From the NCBI GenBank assembly GCA_013239625.1, contig MU056000.1:9494232-9558231 (forward strand): 64,000 bases of DNA. The letters are read 5' to 3'. The stretch comes from Lama guanicoe (lineage: Eukaryota). Made by a program: the position numbers and the translations under genes. Below the pieces are notes generated by a model that saw only the letters and a list, made by a program, of their open reading frames with translations, was not told the origin of the DNA and searched no databases. This document shows positions 52,366 through 64,000 of this stretch, in pieces (position 1 is the first letter of the stretch; every line of letters starts with the position of its first letter).

Positions 52366-52579
52366 GTGGTAAAGAAAACAAGCTTTTTGTTTTTCTTCAA
52401 TCAGACAAAGGACACCTTGGAACTATGTTTTTTTCATCTCCCTAATTTTTTCACTTGTGGTGACTTTCTAGTGCCATTTAGTTTGCATAAGTTTCTAAAT
52501 ATTATATTATAGGCTAGCAACTTCTATGTCTTAAGAGGAGTCCAAAAGGGTATCTAGCCGCAGTTTGTCCCCTGAACAC

Positions 52580-53330
52580 TTAAAACACAGATATGCAAAA
52601 AAGAACCCAAAGGACACACTCATGTTCATCGCAGAATTATTACAATAACCAAGAGGTGAAAGCATTCCAAAGGTCCATTGACAGACAAATGGAAAAAGAA
52701 AATGTGGCATATAAAGACAATGGAATATTACTTAGCCTTTAAAAAGAAGGAAATTCTGTCAAATGCTACTACATGGGTGTACCTTGAAGGCACTGTGCTA
52801 AGAGAAATAAGTCAGCCACAAAATGACAAATACTGTATGATTCCACTTATATGGGGCAATGGAATTAAAATGAGATTTGGAAATTTTAGCCATTATATAT
52901 AAAAAATGATTAAAAAGACAAGTTTCTTCTATATAGCTCAGGGAACTGTATCTAATATCTTGTAATAACCTTTAAGGAAAAAGACTATGAAAATGAGTAT
53001 GTGTATGTATATGCATGACTGGGACGTTATGCTGTACACCAGAAACTGACACATTGTAACTGACTGTGCTTCAATTGAATGAATGAATGAATGAATGAAT
53101 AACTTTTTTAAATTATGGTCACTAGGGGCTGGAGGGAAAGGAAAATGGGGAGTTGTTCAGTGGGTGTAGAGGTTCAGTTCTACATGATGGAAGATTTCTA
53201 GAGATCTGTTGCACAACAGTGTGAATATACTTAACACTAGTGAAATATACACTTTAAAATAGTTAGGGTGACAAATTTTATATTGTGTATGTGTGTGTGT
53301 TTTGTACCACAATTTTTAAAAAATGTTAAG
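52580..53330 (+). mobile_element. Old L1 (L1MA/MB) ORF2 end/3'UTR
   Basis: ORF 52678 TDKWKKKMWHIKTMEYYLAFKKKEI...ATTW..LE...L.EISQ is the L1 ORF2 C-terminus; 3'UTR resumes at ~53115. Confidence 0.9.
52858..53100 (+). mobile_element. Young L1 3' fragment (camelid-like) with (GAAT)n tail, nested in the older L1
   Basis: tatagctcagggaactgtatctaatatcttgtaataacc...atgcatgactgggacgttatgctgtacaccagaaactgacacattgtaactgactg.gcttcaatt followed by (GAAT)6. Confidence 0.75.
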
Positions 53331-56011
53331 ATTAAAATGGAGAAAAACTTCATTACAGCAGCATATCCTTGAATAACTATTTGCTGTGATTAAATGTCAC
53401 ACCAAATAGAATTTAAAAAAAAGTTCTTATTGAGCAGAAAATAAAAGAAAAAATAATAAAAGAGAACTCCAAAAAGCAGTTGATGGAGCAGAGCTTTGCA
53501 CCTACCTCGGGCGCAGGGAGGCACCTGCTGACAGCTCAGGTGTGAGGAGGACAAAGGGGACGGGGTCCAGTCAGAGGTTAACGACCACTGTGCTTACTGT
53601 TATGTCAATCAAGCCCTCCTGCACTTTTATTTGCTGTATTGCTTTTTTCCTCTCCCCAGACCCTGGGCCTAAAAGCAGACGTGATGGATGCCCTTGTCAT
53701 ATTGTGAGCTGATAACTGTCACACTTCCCCTCCTGTTCCCACTATAATTTCCTTCAGGAGGTTTGGCTTACTACCGGCTGAGTTTGGAGAGAGCCATTCT
53801 TGTCAAACTTAGGAGAAAAGAGAGAGAAGAAATATGGATTTGTGACTCCAGTTAAAATGAAGAGGTGGCAATTTTCCTGGAAATATTAAATTAGAGGTTG
53901 TGATTTAGGCTTCCGAGTCTTAGTCTACTTACTCAGCTTTCTCTTAAAAGCAGGACTTGGAAGAAGAAACATGATCTCAATATTTACCAAAAAAAATTCA
54001 GAGGAAATCATTCCAGAGCTCCTGTGAGAATTAACGAGAAATGGCAAAGAAGTACATTTTATTTCACAGAATGCCACATATCTCAAGTGCCCAATGAGCT
54101 ACTGGATGTGAAGGGAATTATTATTAATTGTGAGCATGGCCTTCCTAGGGACACTAGGTGAGCTTAGGAAAGAAGCATCCGTAAGGCATGTTTGCCCAAT
54201 CACAAAGCAGCTGGGAACATCACGGAGGGCATAATTGATGGGACTAAAGATAATACAAGTCTTGGAGGCAGATCAATCGATCTCGTTGAAAAATGCAGGG
54301 CAGCTCTGACAGCCAGTATCAAACTGACAAAATAGGGAAGACAAAGGTGAGTTTGATGCCATCCTAAAGATATTTTGAAAACTAATCGAATAATGTTCAA
54401 CATCAACAAGTTCTACCGATTTGTTGTTTCGATGCTACTGAGACGTGTCTGTGAAACGTTAACAAATGCAGAAGCGATGTGGATGGTCACTGCAATTCGA
54501 CAGCATCAGAGGAGCCCTGCTTTAAAACCTCAACATATCCTGTTGCCTCGGAGGGAAAATCAGCTTCCAGGTATCTAAAGCAAAAGATGCTGAAGGGGTC
54601 ATTTCAAGTTGAAGGGGTAATTTCAGATGGTTTGGAGTGCTTGTCCAGGTAAGCTCCAGTGGGTACCATCTCCAACCCTTTGGAAAAACAAAATTAAGCT
54701 GTAGACCTCACCCAGAAAAAAAAAAAAAATCCCATGAGATAACCTTTCTTTTTTTTTTTCCCAACATGTGTTCTGTTTCCCAGAATTGTACAGATTTTAA
54801 CTCAGTGTGAACACAAAGCATTAATATCAAAGTTGGGTTCTCAAGAGGGAGAGAAAACTTTGTTTCAGTTTCTCATTGGCCCTGATATATTGTTACACAA
54901 TTCAAAGTTAAAGGCGCTATCTAAAATCCAGGTCACAATTTTATTATAACCACTTTTTGAAAGTTCACAGAAGGCTACCGTCATAAATGGCATTATTATT
55001 AGAATAATGTGAAAGGTTACACACCACACAAAATAAGACAGGTCCCGACAATTGTTTATCCCTTTTTTTGAATTTCCCAGGGCTCAGAGCTGACCCTCAG
55101 AGCCTAGAACCACAATACCTCACAGGCAAATCAAGCTGAACAGACATAAAAAAAAATCCAAACGGGCAGAAAGCTCAGCGCCTCAGCCGCAGAAATCCTA
55201 CGGAAGTTAAACAGTCCCTCAGTTTAAACAACAACAGCAAGAAAGAGCCCAGTCCTCAGCATCATCCCTGGGAACACACGTCTAAATCTGCGATATATTC
55301 TGAGCCAAAAAATTAAAGGACCAGCAAGAGCTCTCTTTTCGGAACACATGAGGTCATTTAAGACCACAGAAAAGGCCATCTTAGAGTCACCTGACTGTAG
55401 GCGTTTATCAGATCAGGAGGAGGAGGGACGCGTGTGTGGGGGCCTGGAACATGTGCACACTCAGGCGCCGGCTGTGCGCTGTGCATTTGCAAGGATTCTT
55501 GACACATTGTAACAACCGTGGAAAGTCACACAAGTTTGATTTCTTGTTTTATCACTTTTTAAAAACAGATATACTGTGTCTGGAATTCAGGGTGAAATAA
55601 AACTTTCTGTGGCAGAACCAAAGTAAGTGAACGATGCTGGGGGCACCATCGCGGTGCTGAGGGGTTGGACTTCGTAAGTCATCATATGTCATCATTTTAC
55701 CCTTTTTATGTGGTACTTGCAGTAAGGCATTTTAAACAACCAAAAGGCTTAAAGTATAAACTTACAGATTTTAAGAGAAATCACGGAATTACAAAAAAGT
55801 GTAAAGTTGTTATCAAAGCATAAGAAGGTGCTAGATCCTTGCAAATAAGATTCTCTCCTCTCAAGGTCTTTGTACAGGCTGCCCCCCTCTCTGGTTATTT
55901 GTCCCCAGTGTCTGCATGCTCCCTCTTCCAGCTTTCTTTGGATCTCAGGTCACGTGCCACCTCCTCAGAGAACTCACTGATGACTCTCTAACAGAGATCA
56001 CATATCTTTCC

Positions 56012-56600
56012 TGTGATGGTTACTTTAATGAGCCAGCTTGGCTAGGCTATAGTGTCTAGTTGTTTGATCAGCCACTAGTCTAGATGTTGCTGTATGAAGG
56101 CATTTCGTAGATGTGATTAATGTCTACAGTCAGTTGACTTTAAATAAAGATTATTCTTGATAATGTGGGTGGGCCTCATCCAATCAGTTGAAGGCCTTAA
56201 GGGCAAAAGCTGAGGTTTCCCAGAGAAGAAAGAATTCTGCCTCAAAACTATAATATAAAAACCCTGCCTGAGTTTCTAGCCTGCCTAGTTGCCCTACAAA
56301 CTTTGGATTTAAGTCTGACATCAACTCCTGCCTGAGTTTCCAGGCTGCGGCATGGAGTTCAGATTTGCCAGAGAAGAAAGAATTCTGCCTCAAAACTATA
56401 ATATAAAAACCCTGCCTGAGTTTCTAGCCTGCCTAGTTGCCCTACAAACTTTGGATTTAAGTCTGACATCAACTCCTGCCTGAGTTTCCAGGCTGCGGCA
56501 TGGAGTTCAGATTTGCCAGCCCTCACAGTTCTACAGATGTATCAGCCGATTCCCTAAGATAAATCCCTCATATGAATATGCAGGTATATTATCTCCTTTC
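56012..56600 (+). mobile_element. ERVL LTR (MLT2C/D-like) flanked by L2 fragments
   Basis: tgtgatggtta...gctaggctatagtg...ctagatgttgctgt...ataatgtgggtgggcctcatccaatcagttgaaggccttaa. Confidence 0.85.
56220..56515 (+). repeat. Perfect 148-bp tandem duplication
   Basis: 56220-56367 equals 56368-56515 base for base; CCAG follows at 56516-56519. Confidence 0.97.
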
Positions 56601-56764
56601 CAACTCCATTACTATTCTTCATAGCGATTAGTGCTAGTTAAGATATATAAGCATTTATTTTTTACTAGTACCTAGAATGGTGTCTGAGATCTAGCAGACA
56701 CTCAACACACATTTACAGGATATATCAATGGTATGCTTGGTTTTGCCAGTCACTTCTCTAAATG

Positions 56765-56960
56765 CTTTCAATAGAATAACTCATTTACTACTCCTAGCTT
56801 GTTAAGTTGATGGTTGAGGTGCTGTTTTGCTCCTGTTTTACAGCCATTGAAACTGGCATGTAGAGAGATAATGGTACTTCCCCCAAAATCATGCAGCTGG
56901 CACAAAGTGGAGCTGGTCATTGAAACCATGCAGCTGAGCCCCAGAGTCCAGACTTTCAAA
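56765..56960 (-). mobile_element. MIR SINE
   Basis: cctgttttacagccattgaaactg...cccaaaatcatgcagct...gtggagctgg...ccagagtcca. Confidence 0.65.
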
Positions 56961-58849
56961 TTCCACATTCTAAAAAGCCTCTGGGACTTTTCAGCTTCAC
57001 GAGAATATGATTTGGTGGGAGAAAATTCTCTTTTAGACGGCATAACAATTAATGATATATAATAATAAAATTAAAATACTCTATACTTCTGTGATCTTCT
57101 GACTCCATGTGATGTGGGGAGGTGGAGGATTTACAAATCACTCCATTAGACCAGAAACAGGGGTTTTTTAATTTAAAGAAGAAAAAGGAAAAGAAAGGGA
57201 ACACTGAGAATCATCAGATGTTCCATAGGCTTTAGTTAAAAATAGATTTCAAAAAAACCCAAGTAGAGCAAATTGGTCCATTGCAAGGACTCTAAAAAGA
57301 AACACAGCTGAAAGACCATGGAAAACATTTGAAAATGAAACCACATATATATCATCACAAACATCTTGGTGAAAAAGAAACCAAAAAGGGGACAAGAGTG
57401 GAGGCAGAAGCGGAGAGATGGCCTCTAGCGAGCTCCAGAATATGAAGCATGGTGCAAATTCCGGCCACAACTAGAACACCCTCCCCCAGCCACACCTTCC
57501 ACACCTTCCACTGGGTCCTTTAGCCCAGAACCTGATTCTGAGTCTCCCAGCCTGGCTAAAAGTCTAACCAAGAGTTTCTGGGACTCTATCCCCACCTAGA
57601 GGTTTGATGGTAAATCAAGTTGCATAACAGGAAAATGCCCAGAGCATCAAAACAGCAATTGCAGCTGTAATCATCAATGTCCAAGTCCCTGGTAAGATAG
57701 CCTTTAAGTGATTTGTAAAAGCACTCAGCAAAGGAAGGGGGAATGCTTGGGATCTAGAGGCGTTAAAGAATAATACATCAGCCTTATCGCTCTCTCTTGA
57801 AATATCAGGTCTTGATTTCAGGAAGAGTTTTGACAAAAACTGCATAGTTTCGTGAGCAATATAAAGAATTATGGGCTTGAGTATCAGATGGTTAGTCAGC
57901 CTGAAAGCTGGTTCAGCATGGCCTATGAGCCCTGCATATTGTGTACGCGGACAAGCTGGCACTGGGTCTTGGTGGTGCTGGAGTGGTGCGCCATCGGCAC
58001 TGAAGGGCTGCTGTGGCGTTGCCTACACCTGACCAGGAAGCAGCGTCTTTCTCCACCATTAACGGCCAGCTGCTCACTAGCTTCTTCCTCCCCTCCCTCT
58101 GCTCCTGGGCTTCTATCTAATTTCTTGGACTCCTGGTAGAAAGGAAGAGAGGGAGTTAGCCTTTGCAGGAGAGGTGAAGTTGCACATCTGGGGCACAATC
58201 ACTTTTCAGGTGATGTCCAGCTGCGGAGACCTAGGGTGTCAGGGCTGTCTTTCTTGCCTGATGTAATGTTTGATGGTGGAGACTTTACCCCAAGGCCCTT
58301 AACCAGCACTGCCTATGAAAGCTTCTAACCTCGAGGGTCTATACAGGTGACTTGGTGTGGCCAGCTCCTCACCCCTAGCAGAGGTCCACCCAAGGCCTTG
58401 GGATGGGATCCTTCGGTCTTTCACAAAGTTCGGTGAAGGCTGCCTGGAGATGCAGACCTGCTCCAGCTAATCTGTTGCCATGGAAACCTAGGATTCCCTG
58501 TCTTGTCAATCCAGTAGTCACAGAAAATAGGTAGGCGATGGGGTCCGGTGACGGCTGTGGCCCTCTCCTAAGCAGCTCTGACACTTTGCTGTCTCCTTGG
58601 TAAGAGATTTCCCTGATGTCACTGGAGACTGTCTACAGGTACAGGAACAACCAACCACCAGGTGAAGATGGACCTCAGGCCCTACATTCAGAAACACCAT
58701 AGTCTTTAGAGGAAATATGTCCAGTGATCTCCTCTCAGTGGAGAGAGAGAAGGGTGACTCCCCATACTCGAACACTCTGAAATCTCTCCAAAACGTTCTC
58801 TTCCTGAAGACTCCTCCCCCTCTTTCCAAATCTCTTTCATTTGTTTTTA

Positions 58850-59040
58850 CTTCTATTACATGGTGGTAAGAACAGTAAGCACGAGATCTACCTTCTTGAA
58901 TTTGTAACTATGGGAACAATATTGTACAGCAGTTTTCTGGAACTTATTCATCCTGCAAAATCGAAACTTAGTACCCATTGATCAGCAACTGCTTGCTCCG
59001 GCTCCTCCCAGCCCCTGGCAACCGGCACTCTCCCCTCCTT
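58850..59040 (-). mobile_element. L1 3'UTR fragment
   Basis: gtggtaagaaca.taagcacgagatctacc...ctggaacttattcatcctgca...cccagcccctggcaacc. Confidence 0.75.
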
Positions 59041-59739
59041 GGAGTGGAGGAAGACACAGGGAGGCCACCAGCTTGCTCAGCAGTGTTGGTTCAGGTTGGC
59101 AAAGTCCTTTTGGATTCCAGACATTCAGGTCAGAAGAAGAATAGTCAGGAACAGTGTTTAATGTCTTACGTTATTGCTACAAAAAAAATAAAGCCTTTAC
59201 AGTACCATGTTATACAACTTAATATTAGTCAGCCGTGTGACATGGTTGGTCATTAGTTTCATGCTACAAAAAATACTAAAGTGCTCATAAACATCCAGGC
59301 TCTTCCACTTCCTGACCTACATACAGCACTGTGTTGTATACGCCAAAAAGTCTTTCCCTTTAAGAAAAGCCCAAGAAAGCAGAGCCTAGTTCTGGATTGG
59401 GTGCTATCAGGAAGGCGAGGGGGGAGTGATTCGGTGATCGGGTCTTGGTCATTTTCACCCAAGAGGAGAGGGAGAGGAGTAGAGTGGGCTCCAGCCCACC
59501 GCTCTTAAAATCATACAGAACAACCCCAAATCCCGTAATAAGCTTCTTCCAGCTCCCTTTTACCTACATGCCCCACGGTTCCTGGGATGTGCACTTTCCC
59601 ACATTGTAACAAGCTAAGAAGCCTAACCTTGTTTGGCTTCCTGTTGACTGAAAAGGATGGAAAGGAAGACACTGCAGTAGTGACATATTGATTGGAGAGA
59701 GTCTTTAGTCTTCTCAAACATCAGTGTGTGTGATCTTAT

Positions 59740-59852
59740 TTAACTGCAGATCCGGACTCTACAGGACAGGGGCGGAGCCTGAGATTCTGTGCCTCTAATA
59801 AGCTCCAGCGATGCCCATCCGGACAGCGAGGTGCACACTTTGACTAGCAATG
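59740..59852 (+). mobile_element. MER5-like hAT DNA transposon relic
   Basis: ggggcggagcctgagattctgtgcctctaataagctccag.gatgcc...cacactttgactagc. Confidence 0.6.
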
Positions 59853-62169
59853 CTCTGGTCCACTGCCCTCCCCCCGAAATAGACTCCCACTTAAATCAAC
59901 TGAAAATCTGCAAGAAATACTGAACCTTGGTACTACTCCCAGAAATGATTCCAATACAAAGCAAATTTTGAGAAATACTGTATACTGCTTTATGGTAGAG
60001 AGTGGAAGGCATTGAAGAGTTAAATTAATAATTTCAAGGGAAACCGTACAGATGAGACAGGTTATGTCAAGACAGAGAGAAAAAACAAAGAGAGAAAACA
60101 TGCAGAGCTGGGAAATAGTTTGCATTCTTGGGACCACGAAAGCAAGTGAGGTGAGTGAAGAATAGTGGGCTGCTAGCTAAGTAACGTTATAAGTTTAGGG
60201 CTAGTTTAGAGTTTGTTTACTCCATCCTATGTTACCCTGATAACAGTGGTCTTACATTATGATAATGATATTACAATAAGGAATCCACATGTAAATTAAA
60301 TAAACAGTAATTAGAAACAGAGTTCTAATACTCTGGTCAGCTCAACCGTGGAGAGAGGTCAGGGAGGACAATGGAGGTTTTGAGCCACAGAAAAGAATGA
60401 AGACATAAAGGGGAAGAAGATAAATTATGTATGAAAGGGATCAGGAGTCTGTTCTTGGAAAGCTTCTGGGTTCTGCTGACCTATAGCTTCCCCGCTTCCT
60501 CAGGTCAAATCAATATGTGTAATAAATTATGCAGTTGCATGTCTCATCTTTCTACTCTCCAGTTATCACTCCTGGAAAGCAGAAGGCACGTGCCTCCCCT
60601 CTGGTGCCCAGCAGAGGTCTGCTTGTTGACTTACCGCCTCAGTCTTTACCCTCACCCAGGACGTTGACTACAGCAGAGATCGGAATCAGAAATCAAGGGA
60701 ACTATCAAGAAATTCAATGATGACCCCCCCCATGTACCCTGGGATGGCCACACCCGCTCAGCAGCTGTAGGAAGTTTCACCACCATCAGAGTCTGTGAAG
60801 GGCGACCCATGCTGGAGCCCCAAGGTGAATTTATCCCTCTCTAAGGAGCCTGTATTTTGAATCAGACCATTCCAAACATACACTTCAACCGCAGTGAAGG
60901 TCTGTCCTCTGATGAACTAGATGAATGAACAGATACAGACACATGGGGAAACATTTGTATGCTTTATTTACTTATTATTTATCTTTATGTTTAATATCAG
61001 ATTCTGACAGATATAGATTCGCCCCACCTCCTTCCATGTCCCTTCCCTGGGACCCTACCCAGTCTCAAACCTGTGCCTCATCCTAACTCAAAACAACAGG
61101 AACAGGACAATCTCCTTCAAAGGTGCTCACTTGCTCTCACTGTAGAGCTGAATTCATAATTTAAGACCTCAGCTCTTTAAGGGAAATAAAAGGTGACATA
61201 TTTACTCTTTAACATGGTTCTGTTCTCCAATTCTCATTTTCTCTAGTGATTATGTGTATAATCCCAGCAATAACTCCCATAGCACAAAGAGCTCTGATCA
61301 CGGCTGCCAAGATCAAAGCTTACTTGCCTTGATGGATTCTGCGGGGACGAGTCAGGATGACAAAGCCAGCCTCGTAGGGAGGCACAGATTGTGACTGCCT
61401 CAGGACTCAAGTTCCAGAGCACTCAGATCTCCCAGTGCCTTCTGGTTGATCCTTTAAATGTCATTCTTGAATGACTGTCCCTCATTCACATGAAAGCTCA
61501 CAAGAGGGCTGTATCCCTTACTGTGAATTAAACATCTGAGTGCATGTTTTAATTTTTGACTCTGGAAAAGGAGAAAGATAGGCAGGTAACGATGGGTGGG
61601 AGACACGGAAGTATGACTTCTTCTCTCACAAACAGCCCAACTCAGGATGCTCCCTTGTGCTCTGTGCACCTCTCATTGGCTCTCCCCCTGGGGAACCCCC
61701 TCCATTTCTAGCCAGATAAGAAGCAAGCAGAAGGGCCAACAAAGACCCCAGGCTCCCTAGGAGGGATGGGGCCCAAGAGGCTTGGCAGAAAGAGATCACA
61801 ACTGTGATAGATGCTGCCCATCTTCCCAGTCGTCCCAAAGGACGATCATGCAGAGCCCGCTGACTTGTTCTTCCTTCCTCTCATCAGTCTCCACTGCTTG
61901 TAATTAATAGAAAGAGCAGGAACCTTAGCAGCACAGTCAGAAGTGAAAGTCTCACGGGCATCTCACTCCTCAGCCCCTCACAGCTCCTCCTCCACCTTCC
62001 CTACTGCACCTTGCTCGCTTCCGCAAGCCCTTCCCAAAGAGAACCACTGAAAACAGTGACAGTTGTAAAGCAATGTTTTATGTGTTGTTCCAGATAAATA
62101 TCACTCTCAGAGTAAGGAAAGCATTTCCAAGCATAGAAATAGAGAAAGAGAGCATAAAGTAATAGATTG

Positions 62170-62861
62170 ATGGCCTTGATCACATAAAGATTTTAAATGT
62201 GTGTGCAACGAAAGCTGCCAAAAGCAAGATCCGAAAAGCACATACCGGAAGGAGGTCGGTACACCGTAAATAACAGACAGTGGGTCATTATCCCTAACAC
62301 AAAAGCTGCTCTTCCATAGGGAAAAAGAGGCGGATATGCCAGTAGGAAAACTGGCAAAATGTGAAAAGCTGATGCACGAAAGACAAAATACACACCTACA
62401 ATGAAAATATTTCTGAGTTCAACTGACATGCAAAACAAAAACAAGGACTTTAAACACCAGCGCCATTTTAGCCCATCATAGAAGCAATTATTTTTCTGAT
62501 ACTATTCAGTATTAACGAGGTTATGAAAAATCAGATATTTATATGCCACTGGTGAAAATGTGACCTGCCACATTTTTTAATAGGAAATATGCCAATACTC
62601 ATCAAAAAAATCTTACAAATGTATACAATGTTTGCATTCCTAATCCTATTTCTGGGAATATATTGGGAGGAAATAATCAAAGATATAAACAATTATTTAT
62701 TAGTAAATATGATGAAGTATCCATAACAAGGAATATTTGTCATCCATTAAAATTTATGTTTTAAAAGAATATTTGATGACATGAATAAATAATCACATTA
62801 TAAAGGATGAGTTGAAAGTTATAAACAGTGTGGACCATAAACTTATTTGTGTATGTTTATT

Positions 62862-62894
<33 letters not shown>

Positions 62895-63050
62895 CTTCCC
62901 CAGAAAGCTAGACGGATGCCAGTGGTGATCAGAAGTAGTGACCATTCATGACTAAAGTTTCTCATGGGAGGCTTTTTTTTTTTCTGTATTCTCCCAATCA
63001 TAACTATGTATTTCTTTTATAAATATTATAAGAAAAATAAGTGTTTTTCA
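62170..63050 (+). mobile_element. Highly degraded L1ME ORF2 end/3'UTR with (TG)n at 62863-62888
   Basis: ataacagacagtgggtcattatccctaa, ccactggtgaaaatgtga, taatcctatttctgggaata, catccattaaaa. Confidence 0.65.
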
Positions 63051-64000
63051 AAATTATATATGTGTTAATAATTGATCAAAATGTCATTCGTCATTGAATT
63101 CTGTGTCAGATTATTTGGTCCACTTTTTATTGCATTCATATCAAAATGCCCATTAAAGATGCTACAGCCCTGGAGGAAGAGAATAATTCTTCTTAATGAA
63201 CCCAGGATACATTATGTCTGCTGCCCATGGCCAAACCAGCAGATAAGCCTTGAAATAATGTTTGGAGCAATTAGCTTCCAGAAAATGAATGCTCAACATC
63301 CAAATTAAGGCCAATAAATGACCATTATAAAGACCTCAAGTATCTTTGAAACATTGTCTATTTAAAATCGAACTATAACTATGAAAATTTTAATGTATGG
63401 CAAAAAGTTTCTTTTTAATTGCAATACTTAGAAAGCACATTGAATTCTGTAGGAAAAAAAATATAATCAAATTATGATATGTTTGTGTTTCCTCCTCTGA
63501 ATCTACAGTTCCTTGCCTATAATTATCACATTTAAAGCGGTTTAGAGACTCAACCCTCAGTGCGGTGAGGAAGCAGACTTTGAGGAGATGGAATTGTGTA
63601 CACATGCCGGCTCCAAACTGCACATGGTCAGGCTCAAGTATAGCATTTTTAATATCCTGATCCAACTGAAAAATGGATGTTATAAAATAATTCTGCATCT
63701 GGCAATAGCATATTTTCCACATGGACTTCTCCGTCAGATGTCGTGTAAGATGGCGATTCCCAATTGGTCTAATTTAGTCTAGATTTCCTCTCACCCTTTG
63801 TTCTTTTGGGAAATGGCAGTCCCTTTGCAGTTTGTCTCTGATGGTGAGCTGCATCTTTGCCAGCAGCAGTGCGTGGTTCTCCAAAATGTGTTAATCCTGG
63901 TGAGATTTACCTTTATCTCCTAGAGCCTTCACTAAGTCATCATCCTCCTTCTGGCGTTTATCATTTTAATGAGGAGTCTTGGAGAGCAGCTAGTCAAAAC

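Noticed and set aside
57852..58829. GC-richer ORFs and AG/GT pairs as coding exons
   Set aside because: No consistent open frame between candidate splice sites and no protein similarity that I recognise.
1..64000. CRISPR arrays, operons, tRNA/rRNA genes or a novel multi-gene system
   Set aside because: Mammalian repeat-rich non-coding DNA; no repeat-spacer array, structured RNA gene or gene cluster seen.

Overview
Mammalian (eutherian) intergenic or deep-intronic DNA. It is AT-rich in the first two thirds and has more GC/CpG patches toward the right end. I found no functional protein-coding exon, RNA gene or CpG-island promoter; the ORF track is essentially noise from repeats. The one gene-derived element is a full-length CD24 processed pseudogene on the minus strand (~9420-11227) with 5'UTR, intronless CDS, lost ATG, a frameshift, long 3'UTR, poly(A) and a degenerate target-site duplication (TSD). 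The rest is transposon fossils: L1M, L2, MIR, MLT1/MLT2, a deleted ERVL provirus with both LTR16-like LTRs plus gag and integrase remnants, several ERV1-type solo LTRs (two from one family), and MER2B/MER20/MER5-like DNA elements. There are no Alu, Bov-tA/BovB, PRE1 or SINEC elements, and two young L1 3' ends resemble camelid L1, so a camelid source is likely (inference). Oddities worth checking: a 100%-identical 148-bp tandem duplication inside an ancient LTR, AT-to-GC shifted patches in old repeats (possible biased gene conversion), three-level TE nesting, and a few strong TF motifs. I found no convincing novel biological system. Repeat subfamily names are from memory of consensus sequences and need RepeatMasker confirmation.
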